This document shows, one piece after another, positions 1 through 10,315 of a stretch of DNA of 64,000 bases. The position numbers and the translations under genes are program-made. Origin of the DNA: Neisseriales bacterium (GTDB lineage: Bacteria > Pseudomonadota > Gammaproteobacteria > Burkholderiales > Q3-R57-64); NCBI GenBank assembly GCA_016699915.1, contig CP064990.1, forward strand, positions 448,671-512,670, given 5' to 3'. Under the pieces are notes generated by a model, which was not told the DNA's origin, searched no databases, and saw only the letters and a list, made by a program, of their open reading frames with translations. Position 1 is the first letter of the stretch. The number at the start of each line of letters is the position of its first letter.

Positions 1-26
1 CTTGGGTATGCTGATCAGGCAATATA

Positions 27-644
27 ATGGATGACATAGGCCGTACCAAAACAAACCAACCAAAACTAGCAGCGGATTGCCTCATTTTAGCAGCTGGCTT
101 ATCTTCTCGCATGAGTGCTTGGAAAATGATGTTGCCGTATAAGAAGGGTGTTTTGCTAGATGCTGCGATTCATAATGGACTAGCAGCTTGCCACAGGGTC
201 ATCTTGGTTGCGGGTTATCGTGCCGATGAACTGATTACATATTATCGAGATTTGCAAGGTGTTACTGTCTTAAATAATTTGTATTATGCTAGGGGGATGT
301 TAGGATCCATACAAACAGGCCTTCGAGTTCTAACGCAGGATTATTTTTTTATCAGCCATGGTGATATGCCTTACCTTGAGGTTGATTTATATCGTACTTT
401 ATGGTCTTTTCGCCATTATGATGTAATATTTCCAGGCAACCCTGCACAGCCTGGTCATCCTGTTCTTCTATCAAAAAAGATAGTACCGCTTATTCAAGCT
501 GCACAGCCTAATGGATCTATGCGCCAATTGATTTTAAAGTCAGAATATCAACACTATCTGGGATTAGCAGATACACGCATATATCATGATATTGATACAC
601 TAACAGACTACCAAATATTGCTACAAAATGGTGCTCGCATCTAA
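27..644 (+). CDS. mocA: Molybdenum cofactor cytidylyltransferase (MocA/YgfJ-like)
   Basis: 205-aa ORF with LILAAGLSSRM..WKMMLPY and HGDMPY motifs typical of MobA/MocA-type nucleotidyltransferases. It sits directly upstream of ygfK, as in E. coli (from memory). Confidence 0.8.
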   Translation: MDDIGRTKTNQPKLAADCLILAAGLSSRMSAWKMMLPYKKGVLLDAAIHNGLAACHRVILVAGYRADELITYYRDLQGVTVLNNLYYARGMLGSIQTGLRVLTQDYFFISHGDMPYLEVDLYRTLWSFRHYDVIFPGNPAQPGHPVLLSKKIVPLIQAAQPNGSMRQLILKSEYQHYLGLADTRIYHDIDTLTDYQILLQNGARI

Positions 645-785
645 ATTATTATTTGAAATGCGCAACGCATTAAAACACGATGATAACTCATCAAAATTTT
701 CAGCTTTTTTAAGCTAATTAGTGGTAAAGTACACCCTTTGTTGAATGATTACATACTATTTATACGTTGACCAAAGGAGAGTGCT

Positions 786-3700
786 GTGGCCGATATTATG
801 CGTCCTGTTTCCTTCAAGGAAATTTTGAAGCGTATTTTTGGTGAATTTAAAGCAGATAAAACTATTTTTGGCATCCCGGAAAAACAGTTTTATAGACGGC
901 GTCATAATAAGTTGATTAAGGTTTTTGAAGAAACTTGTGAAACAGCTGTTGGTCCTGCAGCAGGTCCTCATACACAGCTTGCGCAAAATATTGTAACTTC
1001 TTGGTTAACTGGTGGGCGCTTTATTGAACTCAAAACTGTTCAGATCATGGATCGTCTTGAAATTGAAAAACCTTGTATTGATGCCGAAGATGAAGCTTTT
1101 AACACGGAATGGTCGACCGAGTTCACACTTCAAAAAGCTTATGATGAATACCTGAAAGCATGGTTTGCCTTATATCTCCTTGAAGAAATTTTCGATCCAC
1201 GTATGAACGGCCAAGCCCGCTCTTTTATTTTTAACATGAGCGTTGGTTATGACTTAAAAGGCATTAAAGAACCTCCCATGCAAGCTTTCATTGACAATAT
1301 GATTGATGCAAGCAAGCACCCGAAGTTTGTGCAATATCGCGAAGAGCTACGGCAGTTTATTAATGATCCTGAATTTATCAAAACAGTCGACTTGCAAGAT
1401 CGCGTTGATCGCCTCAAAACTCTACCAGACAAAATCCCTCACAAACTCGTGGTCAGTTTAACGCTTTCAACGATGCACGGCTGCCCGCCGCATGAAATTG
1501 AGGCAATTTGTCGCTATATGCTTGAAGAGAAGGGACTACATACTTTTGTTAAACTTAACCCAACGCTTCTTGGCTATGATCGTGTTCGAGAAATTTTGGA
1601 TCAATGTGGGTTTGACTATATCGGTCTTAATAAAGAAGGATTTACGCACGACCTTATATTGGATGATGCCATTTCTATGTTGCGCCGTTTGATGGATTTA
1701 AGCAAACAATTAGGGTTGGGTTTTGGGGTAAAATTAACGAATACACTAGCTTCTATCAATGATAAAGGTGTTTTACCGGGCGGTGAGATGTATATGTCAG
1801 GCCGCGCTTTATTTCCTTTATCCATCAATGTCGCGCTAGTTTTATCGAAAGCTTTTGATGGCAAACTTCCTATCTCTTACTCAGGTGGCGCCAATCAGTT
1901 TAATATTCAAGAAATTTTTGAAGCAGGCATTCGACCTATTACAATGGCTACCGATTTATTAAAGCCAGGCGGGTATTTGAGGATGATGGAATGCGCGAAG
2001 CTGTTAGAGGAAAGTGAAGAGTGGGGGATGAACCAAGTTAATATCGCAAAACTTGAAGCTCTAGCGCAAAAATCTTTAACAGCAGACTATACGCAGAAAG
2101 TTTGGCGTGGATCGGAAACAATTGCTGTTCATGCGCCATTACCGATTACCGATTGTTATGTAGCGCCTTGCGTTGTAGCATGCCCGATTGAGCAGAATGT
2201 ACCGGAATATTTACGCCTAGTTGGAGAAGGTAGGTATATTGAAGCGCTTGAACTTATTTACGCAAAAAATGCATTGCCTGCTATCACTGGACATATTTGC
2301 GACCACCAATGCGAATATAACTGTACGCGCCGTGATTATGAAAAGGCACTTGATATTCGAGCTATTAAAAAAGTAGCTGTTGAAAAAGGTTGGGCGGGTT
2401 ACAAGGCAAAATGGCATAAGCCTGCTTTAATAAACAAAAAACCAGTTGCTGTGCTTGGCGCGGGGCCTGCTGGCTTATCAGCAGCTTATTTCTTAGCTCG
2501 TGTTGGTTATCCGGTGATGATTTTTGAAAAAGAAAAAAACGCAGGAGGTGTTGTTAAAAACATTATTCCTCAGTTTCGTATTCCGTCTGAGGTTATTCAG
2601 CATGATGTTGACTTTGTAGCGGAGCACGGCGTTAAGTTTACCTATAATTGTGGTGATTTAACGGTGCAAAAGCTTCGTGATCAAGGATATCAGTACATTT
2701 GTCTAGGTATTGGTGTTGATAAAGGTACAGAAGTAAAGCTAGTTGGCGACAATACTAATATCTATAAATCGCTCAGTTTTCTTCGGCAGCGTAATCAGGG
2801 CGTATCGCTACAACTTGGAGAGCATGTAGCCATTATTGGAGCTGGAAATACTGCGATGGATAGTGCTCGCTCCGCATTAAAAGCGCCAGGCGTTAAAAAA
2901 GTAACTGTTTTTTACCGTCGCACTGAAAAAGAAATGCCAGCTTATCGAGAAGAATATCTTGAAGCATTAGAAGAGGGTGTTAACTTCTGTTTCTTGTCGA
3001 ATCCTGAGCGCTTTGATCGTGACGGTACTTTAACGGTTCGTACTATGGTACTTGGTGAGAAGGATGATAAAGGTCGAAGACGTCCTGTGGCAACGGATAA
3101 AATATTTACGGCAAAAGTTGATACAGTTGTTACGGCTGCTGGAGAGCAGATTGATTTTCCGCTTCTTCAGGAAATCGGTCTGCCTGTAGAATCAGATGGT
3201 TCTATTCAAGTAGATGCTAAGACTTGTGAGACTGCTTTATCTGGTGTTTTCCTTATCGGTGATGTTCAGTCTGGACCTTCTTCTATTGTCGCTGCCATCG
3301 GAGGCGCTCGTAAAGCAGCGGATGCTATCTTAGCACGCGAAAACCAATCTCATCAGGACTATAACTTTATTTCTCCAACAGGATTTGGTGAAATCTACGA
3401 ACGTAAGGCATCTATACCTTTAAAGCTAGTGAACAAAGATAAAGTAGAAGCTTTTGCGCAGCAAGAAGCAAAGCGTTGTTTGGAGTGCTCCTATATTTGT
3501 AGCAAATGTACAGATGTGTGTCCTAATCGCGCAAACCTTTCTTTGCCTATTCCTGGTTTTCGTGATCCCTACCAAATTATCCATGTAGATGCCTACTGCA
3601 ACGAATGTGGTAATTGTGGGCAGTTTTGTCCATGGGATGATCGACCTTATAAGGATAAGGTGACCATTTTTAATTTACGGCAAGATTTTGATAACAGTAC

Positions 3701-3881
3701 CAACCCCGGTTTTCTATTGAAAGACGGTGAGGCGCTGATTCGATTTGATGGGCAAGTACATACTTTAAAATGTGAAGCGGGCCAACTAAAAAATGCCCCG
3801 AATGAATTAGAGGATATATCCCGCATTATTCACTATATTCATGAAGAGCACCCCTACCTTCTTGGCGCTGTGGAGGAATAA
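786..3881 (+). CDS. ygfK: YgfK-like Fe-S/FAD oxidoreductase (putative selenate reductase subunit YgfK; DPD/GltD-like)
   Basis: 1031 aa (E. coli YgfK is about 1032 aa). GTG start preceded by AAAGGAGAG. The N-terminus MADIMRPVSFKEILKRIFGEF resembles the YgfK N-terminus. Cys clusters: CYVAPCVVACP, HICDHQCEYNC. Two dinucleotide folds: VAVLGAGPAGLSAAYFL, VAIIGAGNTAMDSA. C-terminal 2x[4Fe-4S]-like motifs: CLECSYICSKCTDVCP and CNECGNCGQFCP. Confidence 0.8.
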   Translation: MADIMRPVSFKEILKRIFGEFKADKTIFGIPEKQFYRRRHNKLIKVFEETCETAVGPAAGPHTQLAQNIVTSWLTGGRFIELKTVQIMDRLEIEKPCIDAEDEAFNTEWSTEFTLQKAYDEYLKAWFALYLLEEIFDPRMNGQARSFIFNMSVGYDLKGIKEPPMQAFIDNMIDASKHPKFVQYREELRQFINDPEFIKTVDLQDRVDRLKTLPDKIPHKLVVSLTLSTMHGCPPHEIEAICRYMLEEKGLHTFVKLNPTLLGYDRVREILDQCGFDYIGLNKEGFTHDLILDDAISMLRRLMDLSKQLGLGFGVKLTNTLASINDKGVLPGGEMYMSGRALFPLSINVALVLSKAFDGKLPISYSGGANQFNIQEIFEAGIRPITMATDLLKPGGYLRMMECAKLLEESEEWGMNQVNIAKLEALAQKSLTADYTQKVWRGSETIAVHAPLPITDCYVAPCVVACPIEQNVPEYLRLVGEGRYIEALELIYAKNALPAITGHICDHQCEYNCTRRDYEKALDIRAIKKVAVEKGWAGYKAKWHKPALINKKPVAVLGAGPAGLSAAYFLARVGYPVMIFEKEKNAGGVVKNIIPQFRIPSEVIQHDVDFVAEHGVKFTYNCGDLTVQKLRDQGYQYICLGIGVDKGTEVKLVGDNTNIYKSLSFLRQRNQGVSLQLGEHVAIIGAGNTAMDSARSALKAPGVKKVTVFYRRTEKEMPAYREEYLEALEEGVNFCFLSNPERFDRDGTLTVRTMVLGEKDDKGRRRPVATDKIFTAKVDTVVTAAGEQIDFPLLQEIGLPVESDGSIQVDAKTCETALSGVFLIGDVQSGPSSIVAAIGGARKAADAILARENQSHQDYNFISPTGFGEIYERKASIPLKLVNKDKVEAFAQQEAKRCLECSYICSKCTDVCPNRANLSLPIPGFRDPYQIIHVDAYCNECGNCGQFCPWDDRPYKDKVTIFNLRQDFDNSTNPGFLLKDGEALIRFDGQVHTLKCEAGQLKNAPNELEDISRIIHYIHEEHPYLLGAVEE

Positions 3882-3884
3882 TCT

Positions 3885-5216
3885 ATGATTTTGCTCAAAA
3901 ATGTTATTGCTGTTGGAATAGAGCCCGCTTCTGTTCAGGAAGGCGTGGATATTGCGATTGATGGCACAGAGATTGTTGCTGTTGGGCAGCAGCTTGCTAG
4001 TCAGTATCCACATGCACAATTAAAAGACCTACAAGGTAAGCTTGTTATGCCCGGCATCGTTTGTTCACACAATCACTTTTATTCGGGCTTAGCAAGAGGC
4101 ATCATGGCTGATATTCAACCTTGCCCCGATTTTGTATCCACACTTAAAAATCTGTGGTGGCGACTTGATCGTGCGCTGGATGAAGAAATACTATATTACA
4201 GTGGCCTTGTTTGTGTCATCGAAGCGATCAAAAATGGTTGTACAGCGGTAATTGATCACCATGCTTCACCGAAATTTATCAAAGGCTCTCTTAACACATT
4301 GCGCAAGGCTTTTTTAAAAGCTGGATTGCGTGGTATGACTTGTTATGAGACAACAGATCGCAATCATGGTTTGCGGGAACTAGAGGCAGGTGTGGAAGAA
4401 AATATCGTTTTTGCCCAGAGCATTGATGCGGATCGGGTCAAGCAAGCAACGCCTTATTTGGTAGAGGCGCATATAGGAGCCCATGCACCTTTTACAGTCT
4501 CTGATGCTGGTTTATCTTTGTTAAAAGAAGCCATTAATAAAACTAAACGCGGTCTTCACATTCATGTTGCAGAGGATGGCTATGATGTATCGCATTCACA
4601 TCACCATTACGGTAAAGATATTGTTGTTCGGTTAAACGATGTGGGTTTGATTAACCAAAAAACTCTTTTAGGCCATGGTTTGTTTTTATCGGATGCAGAT
4701 ATTGCGATACTGAATGATAAAGATGGATTCTTGGTGCATAACGCTCGTTCAAATATGAATAATCAAGTCGGTTACAACCAACAATTAGCAAAGTTTAAGA
4801 ATGTTGCCTTAGGAACAGATGGTATCGGTGCTGATATGTTTGAAGAACTCAAATTTGCATTTTTCAAACATCGCGATGCAGGTGGTGCGTTGTGGCCAGA
4901 TAGTTTTTTACGATTTTTAGCTAATGGCAACATACTGCTTGAGCGTAATTTTAATGCTAAGTTTGGGCAGCTTAAAAAAGGCTATAAAGCCGATTTGACT
5001 ATTTGCGATTATATGAGCCCAACACCTTTTGAATCTGCTAACTTACCGGGTCATTTTGCGTTTGGTATGAGCGCAAGTAGCGTTCATTCTGTTATGGTAG
5101 AAGGCAGCTTTGTTTATGAAAATCATGCATTTGCGTGGGATATATCACCTATTTATGCTGAAGCGAAGAAGCTAGCTAAAAAAATGTGGCAAGCAATGGA
5201 TCAATTACCACGATAA
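3885..5216 (+). CDS. ssnA: SsnA-like amidohydrolase (putative aminohydrolase, chlorohydrolase/deaminase superfamily)
   Basis: 443 aa. MPGIVCSHNHFYSGLARG metal-binding motif, HIHVAED and GTDG motifs. The length and the position between ygfK and ygfM match E. coli ssnA. Confidence 0.8.
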   Translation: MILLKNVIAVGIEPASVQEGVDIAIDGTEIVAVGQQLASQYPHAQLKDLQGKLVMPGIVCSHNHFYSGLARGIMADIQPCPDFVSTLKNLWWRLDRALDEEILYYSGLVCVIEAIKNGCTAVIDHHASPKFIKGSLNTLRKAFLKAGLRGMTCYETTDRNHGLRELEAGVEENIVFAQSIDADRVKQATPYLVEAHIGAHAPFTVSDAGLSLLKEAINKTKRGLHIHVAEDGYDVSHSHHHYGKDIVVRLNDVGLINQKTLLGHGLFLSDADIAILNDKDGFLVHNARSNMNNQVGYNQQLAKFKNVALGTDGIGADMFEELKFAFFKHRDAGGALWPDSFLRFLANGNILLERNFNAKFGQLKKGYKADLTICDYMSPTPFESANLPGHFAFGMSASSVHSVMVEGSFVYENHAFAWDISPIYAEAKKLAKKMWQAMDQLPR

Positions 5217-5257
5217 GATAGGATTTAAAAAGACAAACAAGCAAGAGGAAGAAGAAC

Positions 5258-6034
5258 ATGATAGTGCAATTTTTTAAACCCAATACGATTGCTGAGAGTT
5301 TGGCATTGAAAGCGGAGTATGGTCGTAAAGCTGCTTACATGGGTGGCGGATCTAAACTGAATTCTGCTGCTGTACCACATCACGAAACAATTGCAATATC
5401 GCTATCGCTACTGAAGCTAGATGGTATTGTAAAACAAGGCAAGCAATTGGAAATTGGCGCTACAGCATCTTTACAAAATTTAGTTGAACATATGGATGTG
5501 CCTTATTCGCTTAAAGAGGCAGCCAAGCTTATTTATTCACGCCATCTGCGCAATCAAGCAACGTTAGGGGGAGAAATTGCAGCTTCGCAAGATACTTCAG
5601 TGTTGTTGCCTATTTTGCTTGTTTTGGAGGCCAACTTGCTATTGGATAATGGTGAGCAAGTAACGCTTGAGCGGTATTTATCTGAGAGACGGGGCGCTTT
5701 AATCCAAAAAGTGGTTCTGCCAGATGTAACTATTTCTGCTTCAACGCGTAAGATATCGCATACAGTTGATGGTTTGATTACATTAACTGCAGCTGTTTCT
5801 TTAACTGCTACTGGATCAATGCGTATTGCGTTAGATGGTGTTACTGATTGTGCGACCCGCTTAAGGGCTGTAGAAGCTATGAATTTAGAGGGTGAAGCAT
5901 TGGAGCGAGCTGTTACGCAAGCGATTAAACCCAAGGGTGATATACTGCGAGGAAGTAGTGAATATAAGTCCTATATAGCGGGTATTGTTGTAGCGGATCT
6001 TTTAGTGAATTGCCAGCAGCAGGGGAGAAAGTAA
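5258..6034 (+). CDS. ygfM: FAD-binding subunit of a molybdenum hydroxylase (YgfM-like, CO dehydrogenase flavoprotein family)
   Basis: 258 aa. MGGGSKLN and RNQATLGGEIA motifs of the FAD_binding_5 family. The stop overlaps the xdhD ATG (TAATG). Confidence 0.7.
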   Translation: MIVQFFKPNTIAESLALKAEYGRKAAYMGGGSKLNSAAVPHHETIAISLSLLKLDGIVKQGKQLEIGATASLQNLVEHMDVPYSLKEAAKLIYSRHLRNQATLGGEIAASQDTSVLLPILLVLEANLLLDNGEQVTLERYLSERRGALIQKVVLPDVTISASTRKISHTVDGLITLTAAVSLTATGSMRIALDGVTDCATRLRAVEAMNLEGEALERAVTQAIKPKGDILRGSSEYKSYIAGIVVADLLVNCQQQGRK

Positions 6035-8916
6035 TGGAACTGAAATTTAATTTAAATGGCGTTTTTCAGCACATTCACTGCCAGCCTGGTCACAATGTAC
6101 AAAAGTTACTTTTTCATGAGTTTGGTTTACATTCTGTACGAGATAGCGATAATGGTTTTGGGTTTGCCGGATCAGATGCTATTTTATGGAATGATAAAAT
6201 TGTCAATGCCTCTTTATTAATTGCAGCACAGTTAGAGGGTACAGAAGTTAAGACGGCTGAAAGTTTAAGTAAGCCAAACTACCCCAGCCCAATACAGCAA
6301 GCGATGATTGACGTTGGAGCTGTACAGTCGGGTTATAACGAACCTGCGGTTGCTTTAGCTCTTACCGATTTACTCGCTCGTGTACCGCAACCTAACCGTG
6401 AAGATATAGAAGATGCATTAAGTGGTCTATTTGTACGTGATAACGGTTATCAACAGTACTATGAGGCTGTTGATTTAGTTATTCAGCGCCAAAAAACTTC
6501 TGTATCACAGAATGCACAAATTCCGGTGTTTGGTGGTGGTTTGCAATATGTTGGTAAACCATTGCCAAAATTAGATTCGATTAAAATGGTTCAAGCACAA
6601 CCTTGCTATGTAGAGGATCGTATCACCAAACAGACTTGTGTTTTGAAAATTTTGCGTAGTGTTCATGCCCATGCCTATATTAAGCGCCTAGATGTTAGCC
6701 GTGCCGAAGCTTTGCCTGGTGTGCTACATGTTATTACTTACCGTAATTGTCCACAAATTCCTTACACGCCAGGTGGTCAGACTGCACCGGAGCCTTCTCC
6801 GTTAGATAGGCTAATGTTTGGTCAGAAGATGCGCCATGTCGGAGATCGTGTTGCGGGAGTCGTGGCTATTAACGAAGAAATTGCTGCACAGGCTCTCTTA
6901 CTCATTCAGGTGGAGTATGAAGTACTTAAACCGGTCATGACGATTGAAGATGCCGAAGCGAGTAACGCACCCATAGTTCACAATGAGTTAATTGAGTATA
7001 TTGTGGGTGCTCCAGATGATCTTGCTGAACAGAATCGATTAGCCGATCTTCGTGCAGGGAAAATGATTTTCAACTTTCCTATTGGCAGTGAACCGCGCCG
7101 AAATATTGCTGCAAGTTTCCATGGTCATATTGGGGATGTAGAGCGCGGTTTGCAAGAAGCGGATGTGGTGATAGAACGCACCTATCGCTCAACCCAAGCA
7201 CAACAAACTCCTGTTGAAAACCATATTGCTTACAGCTATATGGATGGTGATCGCGTGATTGTGCACGCTTCAACGCAAGTGCCATTCCATGTACGCCGTG
7301 TGATTGCTAAACAACTGCAGATTCCGCAAACACGTGTACATGTTGTTAAAGAGCGGATTGGTGGCGGATTTGGCTCTAAGCAAGATATTTTAGTTGAGGA
7401 AGTTTGTGCTTGGGCAACTTTTGTTACAGGTAAACCTGTTTATTTCCATCACACACGAGAAGAAGAGTTTATTTGTACTTCTAGTCGCCATACGACGCGT
7501 GTTACCGTTAAGTTGGGGGCTAAAAAAGATGGAACATTGACCGCTATCTTTATGGACTTTGCCGCTAATACAGGCCCTTATGGCAATCACTCACTAACCG
7601 TGCCGAGTAACGGCCCTGCTTTAGCTTTGCCGCTTTACCCATGTGATAATGCTGGCTTTAAAGTAACGACCTACTACAGCAATATTTGTCCTAATGGTGC
7701 CTATCAAGGATATGGAGCGCCACAAGGCAATTTTGCACTCACGATGGCGATGGCTGAGCTGGCTAAAGAATTGGATATTGATCAGTTGACGATAATTGAG
7801 AAAAACCGTGTAGTGGAAGGAGAGGAGCTAGCTATTTTAGGTAAAGTAGGAGAGGGTAAAGTAGTACCAACCTCTATTCCTCGAGCATCTAGTTGCGCAC
7901 TGGAAGAAATTCTAAAACAGGGACGTCAATTGATTGGTTGGGGTACTCCAAAAGAATCTTTGCTTGGTAGAGATTGGAAAGTAGGTCGTGGCTTAGCACT
8001 GATTCAGCAAAAATCTGGTATTCCTGATATTGACCAAGCGAACTGCCATGTTCGATTGATTTCCGATGGGACTTTTATTGTTCATTCTGGTGGCGCCGAT
8101 ATTGGCACAGGATTGGATTTAGTCGTTTCAAAATTAGTGGCTGAAATGCTATTTTGCCCAATTGAGCATGTATTGGTGCTCTCGGGTGACACTGACCACG
8201 CACCCTTTGATAAAGGTGCTTATGCTTCATCTGGTACCGTGTTTTCAGGTAATGCTGCAAAACTTGCTGCAGAGGCTGTTCGTCAGTTAATATTAAAGTC
8301 TGCTGCAAAAATTTTAAACGAACCCATGTCTGCTTTAAGCATTGTTTACCCGGGCATCATCAAAGGCAAAACTTCGTCAGTTAGCTATCAAGAAATAGCA
8401 CGTAATGCTGAGACTGGTACAGGTTTTGGACAAATTGAAGGATTAGGTACTTATATTACTCCTGAATCCTGTTTCCCATATGGCGCTAATTTTGCTGAGG
8501 TGGCTGTTAATATACGTACTGGCGAGATTCGTTTAGAAAAATTCTATGCCTTTTTGGATTGTGGAACACCTATCAATCCTGAACTTGCCTTAGGTCAAGT
8601 ATATGGGGCTAGTATGCGCGCCATTGGACATAGCATGTATGAAGCTATTCTTTATGATGACCAATGTATACCACTCACGCGTGATCTAAAATCGTATGGT
8701 GCACCAAAAATTGGTGATATTCCGCGCGATTTTAGGGCTTTTCTTGTGCCAAGTGATGATAAGGTTGGGCCGTATGGATCAAAATCTATTTCAGAAATTG
8801 GTATGAATGGTGCTTCACCATCAATTGCTGCGGCAATTCACGATGCTTGTGGTGTTTGGTTAAGGGAATGGCACTTTAAACCCGAAAGGATTTTGCGTGG
8901 CTTGGGTAAATTTTAA
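6034..8916 (+). CDS. xdhD: Molybdopterin-binding hydroxylase large subunit with N-terminal ferredoxin-like module (XdhD-like)
   Basis: The ORF track starts at TTG 6010. I prefer ATG 6034 (MELKFNLNG), which is preceded by AGGGGAG and overlaps the ygfM stop; this gives 960 aa. Aldehyde oxidase/xanthine dehydrogenase a/b-hammerhead and MoCo-binding motifs are present: GGGFGSKQD, GAYQGYGAPQG, GGADIGTG, SKSISEIG. Confidence 0.8.
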   Translation: MELKFNLNGVFQHIHCQPGHNVQKLLFHEFGLHSVRDSDNGFGFAGSDAILWNDKIVNASLLIAAQLEGTEVKTAESLSKPNYPSPIQQAMIDVGAVQSGYNEPAVALALTDLLARVPQPNREDIEDALSGLFVRDNGYQQYYEAVDLVIQRQKTSVSQNAQIPVFGGGLQYVGKPLPKLDSIKMVQAQPCYVEDRITKQTCVLKILRSVHAHAYIKRLDVSRAEALPGVLHVITYRNCPQIPYTPGGQTAPEPSPLDRLMFGQKMRHVGDRVAGVVAINEEIAAQALLLIQVEYEVLKPVMTIEDAEASNAPIVHNELIEYIVGAPDDLAEQNRLADLRAGKMIFNFPIGSEPRRNIAASFHGHIGDVERGLQEADVVIERTYRSTQAQQTPVENHIAYSYMDGDRVIVHASTQVPFHVRRVIAKQLQIPQTRVHVVKERIGGGFGSKQDILVEEVCAWATFVTGKPVYFHHTREEEFICTSSRHTTRVTVKLGAKKDGTLTAIFMDFAANTGPYGNHSLTVPSNGPALALPLYPCDNAGFKVTTYYSNICPNGAYQGYGAPQGNFALTMAMAELAKELDIDQLTIIEKNRVVEGEELAILGKVGEGKVVPTSIPRASSCALEEILKQGRQLIGWGTPKESLLGRDWKVGRGLALIQQKSGIPDIDQANCHVRLISDGTFIVHSGGADIGTGLDLVVSKLVAEMLFCPIEHVLVLSGDTDHAPFDKGAYASSGTVFSGNAAKLAAEAVRQLILKSAAKILNEPMSALSIVYPGIIKGKTSSVSYQEIARNAETGTGFGQIEGLGTYITPESCFPYGANFAEVAVNIRTGEIRLEKFYAFLDCGTPINPELALGQVYGASMRAIGHSMYEAILYDDQCIPLTRDLKSYGAPKIGDIPRDFRAFLVPSDDKVGPYGSKSISEIGMNGASPSIAAAIHDACGVWLREWHFKPERILRGLGKF

Positions 8917-8968
8917 AAATTTAGCCTATATGGCGCGAGCGCTTTTCAGTTATCATTGGGGTAGCTAG

Positions 8969-10294
8969 ATGAAAGAACAGAGTGTAGCTCAAGCAGTGCG
9001 GGGTTCCTTATTAGATTTTATCAAACCAGTGCAAACCGCACAGCAGCTTGCTTCACAATTTCGGTATATTGAGGATGGATTATTAATTCTCATAGATGGC
9101 AAAATAAACTGGTCTGGTTCTTGGGAAACTGGTCAGTTTTTATTGCCCGAAAATTGTTCGGTCACCCATTATCCAAATAAATGGATTCTGCCAGGCTTCA
9201 TTGATACCCATATTCATTTCCCGCAGATGGAAATGGTGGGTGCGTATGGCGAACAGTTGCTTGAATGGTTAAATCGCTATACCTTTCCAACCGAAATGCG
9301 TTATGCTGACCAAGCCTATGCTACCACGATGGCATCTGTTTTTATCAAGGAATTGTTGCGCCATGGTACTACAACTGCACTAGCACTATGTACCGTTCAT
9401 CCTGAATCGGTAGATGCCCTATTTCAAGCAGCAGATGCTATCAATATGCGCATGATCGCAGGTAAAGTCATGATGGATCGCAATGCACCAGCAGCTTTAT
9501 TGGATACTCCTGAGGATAGCTATACAGATAGCGAACAATTAATTAAAAAATGGCATAAATACCATCGTTTGCTTTATGCTATTACCCCTCGTTTTGCGCC
9601 TACTTCAACAGATAAGCAGTTAGCCTTGGCAGGGCAATTAAAGCAGGCCTATCCGGATACCTATGTTCATACGCATTTATGCGAGAACTTAGATGAGATT
9701 AAATGGGTGCAATCCCTCTTTCCGAAACATAAAAATTATTTGGATGTGTACCATTCCTATGGTTTAACTGGATCGCATAGTGTTTTTGCGCATGGTGTAC
9801 ATTTAAATGAGGATGAGTGGGATTGCCTAGCACAAACAGACTCTACCATAGCATTTTGCCCGACTTCCAATTTATATCTTGGTAGCGGTCTTTTTTGTCA
9901 CTCAAAGGCACAAGAAAAGCAAGTTCGGGTTGGTCTTGGTACGGATATTGGCGCAGGAACCAGTATGTGTCAATTACAGACACTCAATGAAGCTTATAAA
10001 GTTACGCAGCTACAACACTACTCATTCTCAGCATTAGAAGCATTTTATATGATTACGATAGGAGGCGCTAAAGCTTTATCGCTTGACCATTTGATCGGTA
10101 ATTTTGATATGGGTAAAGAAGCCGATTTTGTTGTTATTGATCCGATCGCAACGCCCTTACAGAAGTTGCGTTATCATCGTTCTTCTAGCCTAATAGAAAA
10201 GCTGTTTGCGTTAATTGTACTTGGCGATGACCGTTCCATTTATCGTACTTATGTAAATGGTGACATGGCGTTTGCTCGAGAAGAATTTCGATAA
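8969..10294 (+). CDS. guaD: Guanine deaminase
   Basis: 441 aa. PGFIDTHIHFPQ, THLCEN and GTDIGAG motifs are characteristic of guanine deaminase. It lies next to a purine permease. Confidence 0.85.
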   Translation: MKEQSVAQAVRGSLLDFIKPVQTAQQLASQFRYIEDGLLILIDGKINWSGSWETGQFLLPENCSVTHYPNKWILPGFIDTHIHFPQMEMVGAYGEQLLEWLNRYTFPTEMRYADQAYATTMASVFIKELLRHGTTTALALCTVHPESVDALFQAADAINMRMIAGKVMMDRNAPAALLDTPEDSYTDSEQLIKKWHKYHRLLYAITPRFAPTSTDKQLALAGQLKQAYPDTYVHTHLCENLDEIKWVQSLFPKHKNYLDVYHSYGLTGSHSVFAHGVHLNEDEWDCLAQTDSTIAFCPTSNLYLGSGLFCHSKAQEKQVRVGLGTDIGAGTSMCQLQTLNEAYKVTQLQHYSFSALEAFYMITIGGAKALSLDHLIGNFDMGKEADFVVIDPIATPLQKLRYHRSSSLIEKLFALIVLGDDRSIYRTYVNGDMAFAREEFR

Positions 10295-10315
10295 TCTTTA
10301 TATTAAGAGGCAAAT

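Noticed and set aside
657-671. Palindrome AATGCG-caa-CGCATT just after the mocA stop.
   Set aside because: It has only a 6-bp stem with a 3-nt loop and no T-run. That is too weak to call a terminator or operator.
5554-5934. Assorted 60-140-aa ORFs antisense to or overlapping the housekeeping genes. Examples: 5554-5934(-), 10303-10560(-), 24100-24486(+), 25865-26215(-), 35269-35544(-) and 43363-43788(-).
   Set aside because: All lie fully inside strongly supported conserved genes on the opposite strand or in another frame. Their translations are low-complexity or atypical, and none has a recognisable motif.
6010-6033. ORF-track starts that extend genes upstream into the preceding gene or spacer: xdhD TTG 6010, lon 21804, rsmG 28086, tig 25157, ppiD 18698, atpH 30557, hisS 42849 and atpE 29796.
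   Set aside because: In each case a downstream ATG has a better SD spacing, or its N-terminus matches the conserved family N-terminus. The extensions are simply the longest open frames.
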